Source: an uncultured Planctomycetota bacterium
GTDB taxonomy: Bacteria > Planctomycetota > JBBTDB01
DNA: 64,000 bases
Assembly: GCA_964530615.1 (NCBI GenBank)
Contig: CAZHAR010000010.1
Span: forward strand, 17,151 to 81,150
Direction: 5' to 3'
Shown: one piece after another, positions 9,466 to 20,592 of the stretch
Position numbering within the stretch: the stretch's first letter is position 1
How the letters are laid out: each line of letters begins with the position of its first letter
Notes under the pieces: model-generated
Seen by the model: only the letters and a program-made list of their open reading frames with translations
The model's database searches: none
Told to the model about the DNA's origin: nothing
Position numbers and translations under genes: made by a program

Positions 9466-11052
9466 TTATTTGTAGAACGTGGTCGGTTCTTGTTTTTGGA
9501 ACGGTTTGGAGAATTCAGCAAAAGTTACCGTTGCGGTTCCGAGAGCAGAACCAGCCTCTAAGGCTTTCGCAGTAATTTTATAGCTTGCTTGATCTCCTGG
9601 ATTCATTGTAACTATTACATCAAAGGTCACTACGTTTCCAGAAACATTTCCTTGAAGTGTACGACCCAAAAAGGTCGCTTCATGAGAAATATATCCGGCT
9701 TCTTCGTCGAGGGTAAATACTAACTGCATATTAGTTGCAGCTTTTTTACCTTCGTTGCGAACATCAATCACATAGGTCGTTGTATCACCAACTTGGACGG
9801 GATCTTCTGTGTCATATCCGTCAATATGCATTGCGGGTACAGCTTCCACAATAGTACACGCTTGAGCATCTTTCGCGGGAACTTCGTTACTACGAACAGA
9901 TGCCACGTTGCACCAACCCGGAGCTCCTTTTTCCAGAACAGCTTTAACACTGACAGTCAATTCTTTGGTTGCGCCCGGGGCCAGATCACCCAAACTCCAT
10001 TGAACGCTTCTATTCGAAGAATTGTAAGAACCCCCATCCGATGCTTCCGCGAATTCCAAACCTTCAGGTAAGGAATCGTTCACCATCACATTGGTATTCG
10101 TCGATTCGCTAGGGTTGGAAACTTCAATCTTGAATTTGAAGCGACTGTTAATATTAACCTGAGAAGGACCTGTTTTTATGATCGCTAGGTCAGGAGTTGC
10201 CACTTGAACGGTTTTTCCGCAAGTTGCGGCTTGAGCGCCACCCGACATACGAACGACGGCTTGAATCTCGCCATTTCCATCGGTTGTTCCTCGGAGTGTC
10301 CAACATTCACGAGCAGAACGGCCCGCCGCAATGGTTACATTACTCCAAGTACGAGAAGCACTTCCATCCGAGAATTCTAATCCAGTGAGGCTGATTTCGA
10401 CGCTGACGCTTGTCGCATCGCCATCGCCTGTATTCGTAATTTCGATACAAGCTTCAAAATCGCTTCCTTTGCGAACACGTTCAGGGGCAGTCCAGTTACA
10501 AGCTAAGACAGGCTCAGCAACGCGGGTTTCAATACAATCAAGGAATCGAGCGCTCGCATAAACGCAGTTTCGATAGACTCCAGATTCGGGAAGAATAATT
10601 TCATAGCTGACGGTTAATTCATCGCCTGCGCCTAATTCACGGAAATGCCAGGTAATCATATCGCCAGAATTTTGTCCACCATCAGAAGATCCAACAAATT
10701 GAACCCCATTAGGTAAATACGCGTAAACTTCAATATCGCGTCCAGGACAATTTGTCACATTGGCAACTTTTACTTGGTAAGTAGTGTTTGCGCCACGAAT
10801 TGCATTTGAGGGGCCGTTCGCTGAAACTCGCAGTCCACCATTACTTCCACAAGTAATCCCAGTACTACCACCCCCTTTAGACATACTTCGAATCAGGGCT
10901 TCCATTTCAGCTTTATCTTTATTATGTTGCTGTTCGAGCATCTGGATCTTTGTGCGCAGGGTACCATCATCTTTTATTTCAGTGGTAGTGCACCCCAAAA
11001 CCATCAGCATGGTGATAATATAGGCGAATACCAATCGACTAAAATAGTTCAT
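9466..11052 (-). CDS. Surface lipoprotein with repeated beta-rich modules, tentatively read as DUF11-type conserved-repeat domains
   Basis: 528 aa with signal peptide plus lipobox (MLMVLGCTT). It contains several ~100 aa repeats rich in T/V/N/G. The DUF11-type call is from memory and tentative. The upstream region at 11053-11245 is very AT-rich and promoter-like. Confidence 0.5.
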   Translation of the reverse strand: MNYFSRLVFAYIITMLMVLGCTTTEIKDDGTLRTKIQMLEQQHNKDKAEMEALIRSMSKGGGSTGITCGSNGGLRVSANGPSNAIRGANTTYQVKVANVTNCPGRDIEVYAYLPNGVQFVGSSDGGQNSGDMITWHFRELGAGDELTVSYEIILPESGVYRNCVYASARFLDCIETRVAEPVLACNWTAPERVRKGSDFEACIEITNTGDGDATSVSVEISLTGLEFSDGSASRTWSNVTIAAGRSARECWTLRGTTDGNGEIQAVVRMSGGAQAATCGKTVQVATPDLAIIKTGPSQVNINSRFKFKIEVSNPSESTNTNVMVNDSLPEGLEFAEASDGGSYNSSNRSVQWSLGDLAPGATKELTVSVKAVLEKGAPGWCNVASVRSNEVPAKDAQACTIVEAVPAMHIDGYDTEDPVQVGDTTTYVIDVRNEGKKAATNMQLVFTLDEEAGYISHEATFLGRTLQGNVSGNVVTFDVIVTMNPGDQASYKITAKALEAGSALGTATVTFAEFSKPFQKQEPTTFYK

Positions 11053-11245
11053 TCAAATCTCCTTAAACTAACTTCTACAATAAAAACTAACAATAAAAAA
11101 ATTTTTGTTAGCTATAGAAACAAAAATAACCTTATTTTCATAAATTGTGAAGGTTATATAAACAATATATAAACAAAAAAATATAAGCCGGAATAATAAC
11201 AAAAAATCGCCATTTGTCAAGAAAAAAAATGGATCGAGAGCCCCT

Positions 11246-11587
11246 TTATCCGGGAGGCCAATTGAGACGGCGACCCGCAAGAATATGAAGATGTAAATGA
11301 AACACTTCCTGACCCGCATTCTTGCCATTGTTAATCACTACACGAAAACCCTCTTGAATTTTCTCTTGCTGAACGATTTTTGAAACAACCCACAGCAGAT
11401 GCCCTAATAAGGGGGTATCTTCTTTTTGAGCGTCGCTTAGTTTGGAAATCCCTTTTTTAGGGATGAGTAAAATATGAACGGGAGCCTGAGGGTTAATATC
11501 ACGAAATGCCATACACTGCTCATCTTCGTAAACAATATCCGCAGGAATTTCTCGCCGAAGAATCTTTCCAAAAACAGTATCTGCCAT
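11246..11587 (-). CDS. HIT-family (HINT-like) nucleotide hydrolase
   Basis: The histidine triad HLHLHIL is present, together with the N-terminal FGKILRREIPADIVYEDE signature. Confidence 0.8.
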   Translation of the reverse strand: MADTVFGKILRREIPADIVYEDEQCMAFRDINPQAPVHILLIPKKGISKLSDAQKEDTPLLGHLLWVVSKIVQQEKIQEGFRVVINNGKNAGQEVFHLHLHILAGRRLNWPPG

Positions 11588-11622
11588 AAAACCTCCTACG
11601 AAAAAACGATTTCCTAATCGAT

Positions 11623-12189
11623 CTAAAATTTATGAGGTTCGGACGTCATATATCCACCCGTTCCAAAAGAAGTAGAGATTCCACTAGGACTTCCCGCATG
11701 TTTCCCTTTGTAATGATCCCTCGGATCTTGAGAAGGAACTCTCACTGTCAACACAGGAGATTCTGAATAACGCACCACTTTTTCCGCGACACTTCCTAAT
11801 AGGAGATGCGCAACTCCGGTACGACCATGAGTTCCCATCACCACTAGATCAAAATGTTTTTCTATTGCCATTTTGACAATTTCTTCATAAGGATTTCCAT
11901 AAACCACATAATCCTTAACGGTTACCGTATTTTCTTGAGGAAGATGTTTCATAAAATTTTTCATATGAAGATTCGTCTCTTTTTCCAAATAGGATTGAAG
12001 CGACTGAGGAGCATCTCCAGGTTTTGCTAGCTGTGTTTCCGCATAAATATAAGGACTATGTTCACAAATATGAACCAGATCAATCCCTGCCCCTATTTTT
12101 TTAGCCAACGAGAACGCATACTCAAATGCGATCCGGGAACCCTCAGAAAAATCGGTAGGAACAAGAATTTTTTTAATATCAGGAACCAT
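11623..12189 (-). CDS. Universal stress protein UspA family
   Basis: KKILVPTDFSE...VVMGTHGRTGVAHLLLGSVAEKVVRYSESPVLTV is a typical Usp fold signature. The start is taken at the ATG at 12189, which has a GGAGAA RBS. Confidence 0.75.
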   Translation of the reverse strand: MVPDIKKILVPTDFSEGSRIAFEYAFSLAKKIGAGIDLVHICEHSPYIYAETQLAKPGDAPQSLQSYLEKETNLHMKNFMKHLPQENTVTVKDYVVYGNPYEEIVKMAIEKHFDLVVMGTHGRTGVAHLLLGSVAEKVVRYSESPVLTVRVPSQDPRDHYKGKHAGSPSGISTSFGTGGYMTSEPHKF

Positions 12190-12305
12190 TCTAATTCTCC
12201 TCAAGACAGGGATTAAAGAAAAAATATACTTATCAGAAGTTTCAGCAAATTCAAGACCAAAAAAAATAACTATTTATAAAAAAAAGGAATAGAAAGAACG
12301 TCGAC

Positions 12306-13229
12306 TCACTGAGAACGATACCACTCGTAAGTTTCTCGAATTCCTTCTTCTAACGGTGTTTTCGCTCGCCATCCCAGTTGACTTAGTTTCTGAACATCGA
12401 GTAATTTTCGAGGGGTTCCATCCGGCATCAAAGGATCAAAAATCAATTTCCCTGAAAAGCCCACAATACGAGCGATTAACTCGGCCAGTTCCCGAATCGA
12501 AATATCTTCACCTATGCCGACATTCACAATCTCAGAATCGTGATAATTCTGCATAAGGAAAATAAGGCCCTCCGCGAGATCCTCCGCAAAAATAAATTCA
12601 CGACGAGGCGTTCCTGTTCCCCATAACACGACTTCCGAATGTTTCGAAATCATCGCTTCATGAAATTTTCGGATCAGTGCCGGTAAAACATGACTGCTCT
12701 GTAGATCAAAATTGTCCTGGATTCCATAAACATTCGTTGGCATCGCGGAAATAAACTGAGTTCCATATTGCCGATTATAGGACTGACATAAGACAATTCC
12801 CGCAATTTTCGCGATGGCATAGGCTTGATTAGTCGGTTCCAGAGGTCCAGAAAGGAGATACTCCTCTTTCATGGGTTGTGGAGCCAAACGCGGATAAATA
12901 CAAGAGCTTCCTAAAAATAGCAATTTTTTCACTTGAAAATGATAAGCATTTTCGATGAGGTTCAACTGGATTTTCAAATTTCTCTGCAAAAAATCAACGG
13001 GGTAGGTGTTATTTGCATGAATGCCTCCCACTTTAGCCGCCGCTAAAAAGACATAATCCGGCTTTTCTTGCTGAAAAAAACCTTTCACTACAGAATCGTC
13101 TTCCAAATCTAATTCGTGATGAGTCTTCATCAAAAGACGCGTAAATCCTTGCTTCTGTAAATTCCGAACAATAGCCGATCCCACTAGGCCACGATGTCCG
13201 GCCACAAATATTTTGTCTTGCGGATGCAT
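12306..13229 (-). CDS. fcl: GDP-L-fucose synthase (GDP-4-keto-6-deoxy-D-mannose 3,5-epimerase/4-reductase)
   Basis: [17 protein letters not shown]...[20 protein letters not shown]...[10 protein letters not shown]...YAIAKIAG... aligns closely with E. coli Fcl. The ATG at 13229 is preferred over the TTG at 13250. Confidence 0.85.
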   Translation of the reverse strand: MHPQDKIFVAGHRGLVGSAIVRNLQKQGFTRLLMKTHHELDLEDDSVVKGFFQQEKPDYVFLAAAKVGGIHANNTYPVDFLQRNLKIQLNLIENAYHFQVKKLLFLGSSCIYPRLAPQPMKEEYLLSGPLEPTNQAYAIAKIAGIVLCQSYNRQYGTQFISAMPTNVYGIQDNFDLQSSHVLPALIRKFHEAMISKHSEVVLWGTGTPRREFIFAEDLAEGLIFLMQNYHDSEIVNVGIGEDISIRELAELIARIVGFSGKLIFDPLMPDGTPRKLLDVQKLSQLGWRAKTPLEEGIRETYEWYRSQ

Positions 13230-13246
13230 TGAAACAGCGCCTTTCT

Positions 13247-14305
13247 TCAAGAAACACGATAATTACTAGCCGCTAACTCTCTTTGGGCCAGTTCATAATC
13301 CTGTTCGGTCATTAAACGCACCAGATCTTCAAATTTCATTTTCGGCATCCATCCTAAAATTCGTCTCGCTTTGGAGGCATCTCCTAACAGGAAATCGACT
13401 TCGGTGGGTCGAAAATATTTTGGATCAATCTGGACTCGCACATTTCCTTCAGAATCCACTCCTTTTTCGTCCACCCCGCTTCCTTTCCAGGAAATCGGCA
13501 TCTTCAGACAAGCAAAGGATTTTTCTATCAATTCTCGCACCGAATGAGATTCCCCAGTTGCCGCAATATAATCGTCTGGAGTTTTTTGTTGGAGCATCAA
13601 CCACATCATTTCAACGTAATCTTTCGCATAGCCCCAATCGCGCTTAGCATCAAGGTTTCCCATATAAAGAGATTTTTGTTGCCCTGTTTTAATACGTCCC
13701 ACCGCACGGGTGACCTTTCTCGAGACAAAAGTTTCTCCGCGTCTCGGACTTTCATGATTAAAAAGGATTCCATTAGAAGCATGCAATCCGTAGGCTTCTC
13801 GATAATTAACAACCGTCCAATAGGCAAATAACTTCGCCGACGCATAAGGCGAACGCGGATAAAAAGGAGTTTTTTCGGTTTGAGGAATTTCTTGAACCTT
13901 GCCGTATAATTCGCTCGTAGATGCCTGATAAAACCTTGTATTAATTCCTGTATTTTTAATCGCGTCCAACAACCTCAAGGTTCCTAAAGCATCTACATCC
14001 GCGGTATATTCCGGCATATCAAAAGAAACCTTGACATGAGATTGAGCCGCCAGATTATAAATTTCATCGGGTCTCACTCGTTCTAGAATGCGATTCAAGT
14101 TGCTACTATCCGTTAAATCTCCATAATGAAGAAGAAAGCGAACCTTCTCCTCATGAATATCCTGATAAAGATGCTCAATTCGGCCCGTATTAAATTGGCT
14201 CGAACGACGGTTAATTCCGTGAACCTCGTATCCTTTTTCAAGAAGGAACTCGGCCAGATAAGAACCATCTTGGCCCGTAATTCCAGTAATCAATGCTTTT
14301 TTCAT
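13247..14305 (-). CDS. gmd: GDP-mannose 4,6-dehydratase
   Basis: [31 protein letters not shown]... with the canonical Gmd motifs. The start is the ATG at 14303-14305 with an AAAGAGGA RBS. The track start at 14407 is a spurious upstream extension. Confidence 0.9.
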   Translation of the reverse strand: MKKALITGITGQDGSYLAEFLLEKGYEVHGINRRSSQFNTGRIEHLYQDIHEEKVRFLLHYGDLTDSSNLNRILERVRPDEIYNLAAQSHVKVSFDMPEYTADVDALGTLRLLDAIKNTGINTRFYQASTSELYGKVQEIPQTEKTPFYPRSPYASAKLFAYWTVVNYREAYGLHASNGILFNHESPRRGETFVSRKVTRAVGRIKTGQQKSLYMGNLDAKRDWGYAKDYVEMMWLMLQQKTPDDYIAATGESHSVRELIEKSFACLKMPISWKGSGVDEKGVDSEGNVRVQIDPKYFRPTEVDFLLGDASKARRILGWMPKMKFEDLVRLMTEQDYELAQRELAASNYRVS

Positions 14306-14316
14306 CGCAATCCTCT

Positions 14317-14580
14317 TTATTTTTTTGAGGAAATATTCAATTGATCTACCCGTTGAATATAGGATTCCATCGCTTTTTCTTTCGAGAGTCCTTTTTTCTT
14401 CACCCAAGCTTCATATTTAGCGCGAGCTTTAATATCAAGCATCCCCGGCTTCTTTCCAGAGACGTCGCCTGCAGTGGCTTGCTTATAAAGGGAGTACATC
14501 TCTAACAAAGTTTCATTCGACTGTGGAGGAAGTTGTTTAGCACGTCCTTGAGCTTCTTCAAATTTTTCTGTCAACGACAT
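14317..14580 (-). CDS. Acyl-CoA-binding protein (ACBP)
   Basis: The 87 aa sequence matches the ACBP signature throughout: KFEEA...KQLP...[14 protein letters not shown]....[14 protein letters not shown]...KG.SKE.AM..YI. Confidence 0.75.
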   Translation of the reverse strand: MSLTEKFEEAQGRAKQLPPQSNETLLEMYSLYKQATAGDVSGKKPGMLDIKARAKYEAWVKKKGLSKEKAMESYIQRVDQLNISSKK

Positions 14581-14737
14581 AAATCCTCTTTTCTAACCAA
14601 AACAGCCGTACATTTTTCTTGAGAAGTATTGAACTCCAGAGACAACCGACCCATAATAGAGCTTTTCAGGAAAAAATAAAGAGAAGATATTTAACGTGAA
14701 AGCAAGGAAAAGAGTTGTCGCCAGAAGGAAGAAAAAA

Positions 14738-15673
14738 ATGATGCCGATTTTAGCAGTCGAGGCCCTCAGTAAAAAATTTGGAACCTTACAAGCCGTTCAA
14801 TCGGTCCAGTTCCACATTAATCCCGGCGAAATTTATGGACTACTTGGACCCAACGGAGCCGGAAAGACCACGACTATTTCCATGATTTGCGGTTTGCTTA
14901 AACCCGATACAGGGAAAATCTCGATTCTGGGAGAAAATTTCTGGCTCTCTCCTAAAAAAGCACAAAAGCAAATGGGCGTGGTTCCGCAAGAAATCGCGCT
15001 TTATGAAGAACTCTCTGGAGAAGAAAATCTCGTTTTTTGGGGAAAAATCGCGGGACTTCAAAAAAAACAAGCAGAACTTCGGGCTCAAGAACTTTTAGAG
15101 GCTCTTGGATTACTGGATCGGCGCAAAGAAGCCGTCAAAAATTATTCGGGCGGAATGAAACGTCGGATCAATCTCGGATGCGCTTTAATGCACCAACCCA
15201 AACTCTTATTATTAGATGAACCCACTGTCGGAATTGATCCCCAAGCACGACTCACCATCCTCGAATTTATTCAGAATTTAGCCAAACAGGGAAACGCGAT
15301 TTTATATACGACTCACTATCTTGAAGAAGCTGAAAAACTCTGTCACCGCATGGGGATCATCGATCAAGGACGCCTCTTAGCAGAAGGAACCCTCACACAA
15401 CTTCAGAATCAGTTGAATGCTTCTCAGATCTTTTTAATAGAAGCACCTTTCCAAAAGGAATCCTACCAAGAATGGCCCGATTTAATGAATCATTTTAAAA
15501 TTCTTCAAACGTCAGATTCCCAGATGATTGTTTCGCCCAAAAACGATCAGACTCCAGCAGAATCGCTACAATTAATTCTAAAACTTCCGTTGACCATCCA
15601 AAATATTACCCTAAAAAAGCCAACGCTGAATGATGTATTTCTCCAATTAACGGGTAGAGAGTTGAGGGATTAA
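14738..15673 (+). CDS. ABC transporter ATP-binding protein (ABC-2 / DrrA-like)
   Basis: Walker A GPNGAGKTT, signature LSGGMKRR and Walker B LLLLDEP are all present. The start is taken at the ATG at 14738, which has an AAGGAAG RBS. Confidence 0.85.
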   Translation: MMPILAVEALSKKFGTLQAVQSVQFHINPGEIYGLLGPNGAGKTTTISMICGLLKPDTGKISILGENFWLSPKKAQKQMGVVPQEIALYEELSGEENLVFWGKIAGLQKKQAELRAQELLEALGLLDRRKEAVKNYSGGMKRRINLGCALMHQPKLLLLDEPTVGIDPQARLTILEFIQNLAKQGNAILYTTHYLEEAEKLCHRMGIIDQGRLLAEGTLTQLQNQLNASQIFLIEAPFQKESYQEWPDLMNHFKILQTSDSQMIVSPKNDQTPAESLQLILKLPLTIQNITLKKPTLNDVFLQLTGRELRD

Positions 15674-15675
15674 GT

Positions 15676-16953
15676 ATGCTCTGGAACTTAATCACAAAAG
15701 ATTTACTCCGAGTCAAAAAAACACCGGGGGTTTATCTCCTTAAACTCGCGTTTCCACTGGTGATTACGCTTCTCATTGGATTTACTTTTGGAACCGGAGA
15801 CGGGGACAACTCATTTCCTAAAATCAAAGTCGGTTGGGTCGATGAAGATGAGGACTTTTTAAGCCAATTTCTCGCGGGTGCCTTTGAACAAGAGGAAATG
15901 CAAAAACATGTGAAACTTCAAAAACTCACTTGGGAAGAGGCAAAGCAAGCGATTGAAAACCAAGAGTTAAGTGCGATTATTCGTATTCCACCGAACTTCT
16001 CTAAACATTTTCTTAAAGCGCAAAAATCCTTGCCTATCGAGGTCCTCAAAAATCCGTCCGAATCTTTTTTTCCTAGAATCATCGAAGAAGGCGTTTTGAT
16101 CGCCGTTGAATTTCTCAACGCTTTGTCTAGAAACCTAAAAGAAGAACTTCCTGAAATTGTGGAAATAACCTCCCAAAAATACTTTCCAAGCACCCAAAAA
16201 ATTGCCGAGCTCGCTGAAAAAATCGCTAAAAAATTTAAATCCGCTGAAAAATATCTCTTTCCCCCTATTATTACTCTGAAAACCCCTTCAGATGCGAAGG
16301 AAGATGCATCAAAAGAAGAAAAGAAAAAAGCCCCCAGTATCAATATTTTTACTTTGATTCTTCCGGGACTTAGCGCGCTTTTTTTGTTATTCATCGCGGA
16401 ACAAGCGATGTCGGATCTCCTGAAAGAACGTCAAATGAAAACTTTGGCCCGCTATCAGACCTTACAATCCAGCCTCTTTTCTCTGGTCTTTGCCAAGATA
16501 TTGTTCGGAGTTTGCTTGCTGATTATTTCTGGAATTATCCTCATTGGCGGAGGGGGCCTCATTTTTCGGATTCAATGGCAGTCGCCTTTTGAACTCTTGT
16601 TGATCTTAGTGAGCTATTCTTTTATTGGAACCGGTTTAGTAAGTTTGCTCATCTCGCTCGTTCAAAATGAACGACAGATGGGTGCCTTAAATTCGATTGT
16701 GATTATGGGAGGCGGTTTTCTTGGAGGGAGTATGATTCCCGTTTCAGAACTTCCGGCGGTTATTCGAGATCATATCAGTATTTATCTTCCTAATTACTGG
16801 TTTATCGAAAGCATTGTTCAGCTTCAGCAGGGAACGCTAAGCACCCACGATCTCGCTTTAGTAAGCACTGCGTTTCTGTTCGGAGGTCTCCTCCTGAGTC
16901 TTCTTTCTTCTGTATTCCTTCAAAAACGCCTTCGTGCAGGAGGTCATCCATGA
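15676..16953 (+). CDS. ABC-2 family transporter permease
   Basis: It has an N-terminal TM helix, a large extracytoplasmic loop and five C-terminal TM helices. It is coupled to the ATPase through a 2-nt gap. Confidence 0.7.
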   Translation: MLWNLITKDLLRVKKTPGVYLLKLAFPLVITLLIGFTFGTGDGDNSFPKIKVGWVDEDEDFLSQFLAGAFEQEEMQKHVKLQKLTWEEAKQAIENQELSAIIRIPPNFSKHFLKAQKSLPIEVLKNPSESFFPRIIEEGVLIAVEFLNALSRNLKEELPEIVEITSQKYFPSTQKIAELAEKIAKKFKSAEKYLFPPIITLKTPSDAKEDASKEEKKKAPSINIFTLILPGLSALFLLFIAEQAMSDLLKERQMKTLARYQTLQSSLFSLVFAKILFGVCLLIISGIILIGGGGLIFRIQWQSPFELLLILVSYSFIGTGLVSLLISLVQNERQMGALNSIVIMGGGFLGGSMIPVSELPAVIRDHISIYLPNYWFIESIVQLQQGTLSTHDLALVSTAFLFGGLLLSLLSSVFLQKRLRAGGHP

Positions 16954-18089
16954 ATTTAATTTTGACCCTTGCTTTCAATGATGTGAAACTTTTTTTGAGA
17001 GATAAATCTGGATATGTCTGGCTCTTTGTAATGCCGGTGGTATTCGTTTATTTTTTCGGAATCGCGTTTAAGGCTCCGAACCCAGAAGTACAGGTAAGGA
17101 TCTGGGTTCACAATCAGGATACGGGGCCCTTGGGCAAATGTTTATTGACGGAAATGGAGGCGCAAGGATTATCTTTGATGTCTTGGCAAGAAAAAAAAGA
17201 ATCGGACTCCGTCCTGCGTAAAATTGAAATCCCGGCAGACTTTACAACCAAAATAAACGCTGGAGAACAAGTCTCTGTCGAGTATACAAAAGATCCAAAA
17301 GGAAAGAGCGAGGCTCATTTTCTGGTCGAGATTCGTCTCTTCCGAGCGATTGTTGCATTAACCTCAACTCTCATTGAATTGGCAGAAAAACCTCCAGAAT
17401 CGGATACGACTTATCAACAATTTCGCCAAAAACAGGAAAATACGGTAAGCGTTAAAATAGACTATGCTGGAGAGGGTGCCAAAATTCCCGGAGGTTTTCA
17501 ACAAACGCTCCCAGGAACCCTTGTTTTGTTTCTTCTCATCAACTTGTTAATTTACGGTGGAACCGGACTCGCAGAAGAACGTCAATCCGGAGTCTTTCGG
17601 AGAATGGCCATTTATCCCCTCTCCAAGTTTCAATTTGTCGCTGGAAAAATTTTAGGACGAATGTTTTTAGCCGTGGTGATGATTCTTTATTTTCTCGCAC
17701 TCTCTCCGGTTTTTGGCGTTTCTCTCGGAAACGATTATCTAGCGCTAGCCGGTGTTCTTTTCATGTACTCTTGGGCTTGCTCGGCACTCAGTGTCGTCAT
17801 TGGTACTCTTGTGACGAACCCTGAAAAAATTATCGGCTTGGGGGTATTGATAGGAAACACGATGGGCGCTCTGGGTGGATGCTGGTGGCCCATGGAAATT
17901 GTGCCCGAAACGCTTCAAAAGATTGGACACCTCTTCCCCACCGCTTGGGCTATGGACGCGCTTCACAAAATTATCAATTTTGGAGGTTCTTGGCAAAAGA
18001 TCACTTCAGAAATGCTTGTCTTAATGGCTTTTGGAACCCTATTTACAATCATCGCGACACGTTATTTGCGCTATCAGAATCAGTCTTGA
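16950..18089 (+). CDS. ABC-2 family transporter permease (second subunit)
   Basis: Same topology as the preceding permease. A 4-nt overlap with it suggests translational coupling. Confidence 0.7.
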   Translation: MNLILTLAFNDVKLFLRDKSGYVWLFVMPVVFVYFFGIAFKAPNPEVQVRIWVHNQDTGPLGKCLLTEMEAQGLSLMSWQEKKESDSVLRKIEIPADFTTKINAGEQVSVEYTKDPKGKSEAHFLVEIRLFRAIVALTSTLIELAEKPPESDTTYQQFRQKQENTVSVKIDYAGEGAKIPGGFQQTLPGTLVLFLLINLLIYGGTGLAEERQSGVFRRMAIYPLSKFQFVAGKILGRMFLAVVMILYFLALSPVFGVSLGNDYLALAGVLFMYSWACSALSVVIGTLVTNPEKIIGLGVLIGNTMGALGGCWWPMEIVPETLQKIGHLFPTAWAMDALHKIINFGGSWQKITSEMLVLMAFGTLFTIIATRYLRYQNQS

Positions 18090-18146
18090 TACAAAAATTA
18101 TCGCAACACTCTGAAGAGAACTAAATACGGGAAAGAAGGAACTTGT

Positions 18147-19127
18147 ATGGAAACGGCAACACTCACTCTCCCCAAAACTCCTGATCGAAAAATTTCGAAA
18201 AAACGACGATGGATCAAGCGAATCAGCATCCTTCTGCTGACCCTCTTTCTTCTTTATGCCCCCCTACCTTATTTGCTTCGCGGGCCCTCGGAAATTTCGC
18301 CTCCCATTGAAACCGTTTTGCTCAATCCCGCCGGAGTCGCACTCGCCCCGCCCCATCCACAACTCTTGACGGTGATGACTTTGAATTTGGCTCATGGACG
18401 AAAAGATAAAGAACATCAGGCACTCCTCAGCAAAGAAGAAATTGAGGAAAATCTCAAGGATATCGCAGAGGTCTTCAAACGAGAGAATCCAGATGTAGTT
18501 GCGCTTCAAGAAGCAGATGGGCCATCGATCTGGAGCGGAAAATTCAACCATGTTGAATATTTAGCTCAAAAGGCTTCTTTCAATTATTGGGTTCGCGGGG
18601 AACATGTCAAAAAATTCGATCTTTCTTATGGAACGGCGCTCCTTTCTAAATGGCCACTCTCCAATACGCTAGCTGTCACTTTCGCGCTCTCTTGGCCAAC
18701 GCCTCCTAAAGGATTTACAGTCAGTACTATTACCCTCCCCACGGATCCTCCATTCGAAGCCGACTTTGTTTCGGTTCATCTCGATTTTTCACGAGAATCG
18801 TTACGAAAAAAACAAATTCAGGAAATCATTCAACACCTCCAATCCCGAAATCGGCCTTTGATCGTGATGGGCGATTTTAATAATAGTTGGGCGTTGGATG
18901 AAAATAAAACGGCAGTGCAACAACTAGCGGAAAAATTGAATCTAAAAGCGTATCAACCCATTCTCATCGGACATGAAACCCATCCCACCACGAAGAAATT
19001 CCTGCTTCCCCCCAAACGAATGGATTGGATTTTAATTTCGGATCATTTCCAGTTTTCCGAATATAAGACGCTCTCTGATTTGCTTTCCGACCATCGAGCC
19101 GTTGTAGCGGTTTTAGAACGAAAATAG
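18147..19127 (+). CDS. Endonuclease/exonuclease/phosphatase (EEP) family protein, membrane-anchored
   Basis: An N-terminal TM helix is followed by LNLAHGRK...VVALQEADG...VMGDFNN...SDHRAV, which are EEP catalytic motifs. Confidence 0.65.
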   Translation: METATLTLPKTPDRKISKKRRWIKRISILLLTLFLLYAPLPYLLRGPSEISPPIETVLLNPAGVALAPPHPQLLTVMTLNLAHGRKDKEHQALLSKEEIEENLKDIAEVFKRENPDVVALQEADGPSIWSGKFNHVEYLAQKASFNYWVRGEHVKKFDLSYGTALLSKWPLSNTLAVTFALSWPTPPKGFTVSTITLPTDPPFEADFVSVHLDFSRESLRKKQIQEIIQHLQSRNRPLIVMGDFNNSWALDENKTAVQQLAEKLNLKAYQPILIGHETHPTTKKFLLPPKRMDWILISDHFQFSEYKTLSDLLSDHRAVVAVLERK

Positions 19128-19233
19128 GAATACTGTACTTCTTAAAAAAGCGATTTAAAATAAACGCATAAATAATTCAAGGATCGAGGGCGATTCGTGA
19201 ACCCCCAGAGAAAATTTTGGAGATATACAAAAA

Positions 19234-19668
19234 ATGGAAAAAAAATTAACGTACCAAGATGCTGACTTAATCATTAAACTTTACGATTTGCGTCGTGAAG
19301 ACGTTATGAGGGCGTCTCGAAAAGCTATCAATGAACGCTTTTGGCCCAAGAACTACGAAGAAATGATCGCGGTCACTGGGCCCACCCATGAATTAAATAC
19401 TCCGTTTGGCCAGACTTCCAGCTATTGGGAAATGGTGTATGGAATGGCCAAAAACGGAATCATTGACGCGGATTATCTTGTAGAAAATAATGCGGAAGGA
19501 TTATTTCTTTATGCCAGAGTACTTCCTTATCTAGAACAATTTCGGAAAGATATGTCTCCCAAAGCGTTTCGCCATGCGGAATGGATCTGTCAGAACTCCA
19601 AAAACGGAGCCGAAATGCTAGAGTGGTTCAAGAGTCGTATTCAAAAACGAATGGGAATCAAATCTTAA
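19234..19668 (+). CDS. Hypothetical protein
   Basis: 144 aa ORF with an RBS-like aaaaaatggaaaaa context. No family is recognised. Confidence 0.45.
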   Translation: MEKKLTYQDADLIIKLYDLRREDVMRASRKAINERFWPKNYEEMIAVTGPTHELNTPFGQTSSYWEMVYGMAKNGIIDADYLVENNAEGLFLYARVLPYLEQFRKDMSPKAFRHAEWICQNSKNGAEMLEWFKSRIQKRMGIKS

Positions 19669-19682
19669 GAAGTTATTTCTAG

Positions 19683-20495
19683 ATGCCTAGTATTGAAGAA
19701 AATCGAAAGCTCTGGAACGAAGAATTTTCGTGGAAGCAACAGGGGGACGAATGGTCCCGTTATTGGGGCACGACCGATCTGCAATGGTACGCAACCCTGC
19801 TTCCTCGAATTCATACCTTTGTTCCAACTCCGTCTATTTTAGAGATTGCGCCGGGCTTTGGGCGCTGGACTCAATATTTAAAGAATTTAACGCAACATCT
19901 TTCGATTGTGGATCTTTCCGAAAAATGTATTCAGGCGTGTCAGCAACGATTTTCAAAAGACTCCCATATTTCCTACTATGTCAATAATGGACGTTCTCTG
20001 GAAATGATTCCAGACGGGTCCATTGATTTTGTCTTTAGTTTTGATTCACTTGTTCATGCAGAAGACGAAGTGATTGAGAGCTATTTAAAGGAACTTGCGT
20101 GCAAATTCACGGACGAGGGAATCGGATTTATTCATCATTCTAATTTGGGTTCCTATTCTACCTACTATCACTATGTCAAAAAGATCCCGGCTCTGGGAAA
20201 AAGGATTTTAGCGAAAGCGGGATGGCAAGATGTCCAGGATCATTGGCGAGCGCAGAGTATGACTGCTGAAAAATTTCAACAATTTGCTCAAAATGCCGGG
20301 TTATGCTGTATCCGACAAGAGTGTGTCAACTGGGGATCCAAACGAATGATTGATTGTTTTTCTATTTTTACTCGTCGTGGATCTAAATGGGTCACACCCA
20401 ATCAAATCTTCCGAAACCGCCATTTTATGAAGGAAGCCGCTACTGTGACGCAATTAGCCCAAATATATAGTTCTCAAACTTTTGGATCGCTTTGA
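19683..20495 (+). CDS. Class I SAM-dependent methyltransferase
   Basis: ILEIAPGFGRWTQYL resembles the glycine-rich SAM-binding motif I. Confidence 0.55.
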   Translation: MPSIEENRKLWNEEFSWKQQGDEWSRYWGTTDLQWYATLLPRIHTFVPTPSILEIAPGFGRWTQYLKNLTQHLSIVDLSEKCIQACQQRFSKDSHISYYVNNGRSLEMIPDGSIDFVFSFDSLVHAEDEVIESYLKELACKFTDEGIGFIHHSNLGSYSTYYHYVKKIPALGKRILAKAGWQDVQDHWRAQSMTAEKFQQFAQNAGLCCIRQECVNWGSKRMIDCFSIFTRRGSKWVTPNQIFRNRHFMKEAATVTQLAQIYSSQTFGSL

Positions 20496-20592
20496 GGCTC
20501 CGAAATAATGTTTTCTTTGTTTCAGAGTCCGATATAATGACACTTTTATTAAATAATAGGTCTCTGTTAAAATTCTTTGAAAGGAACCTTCT

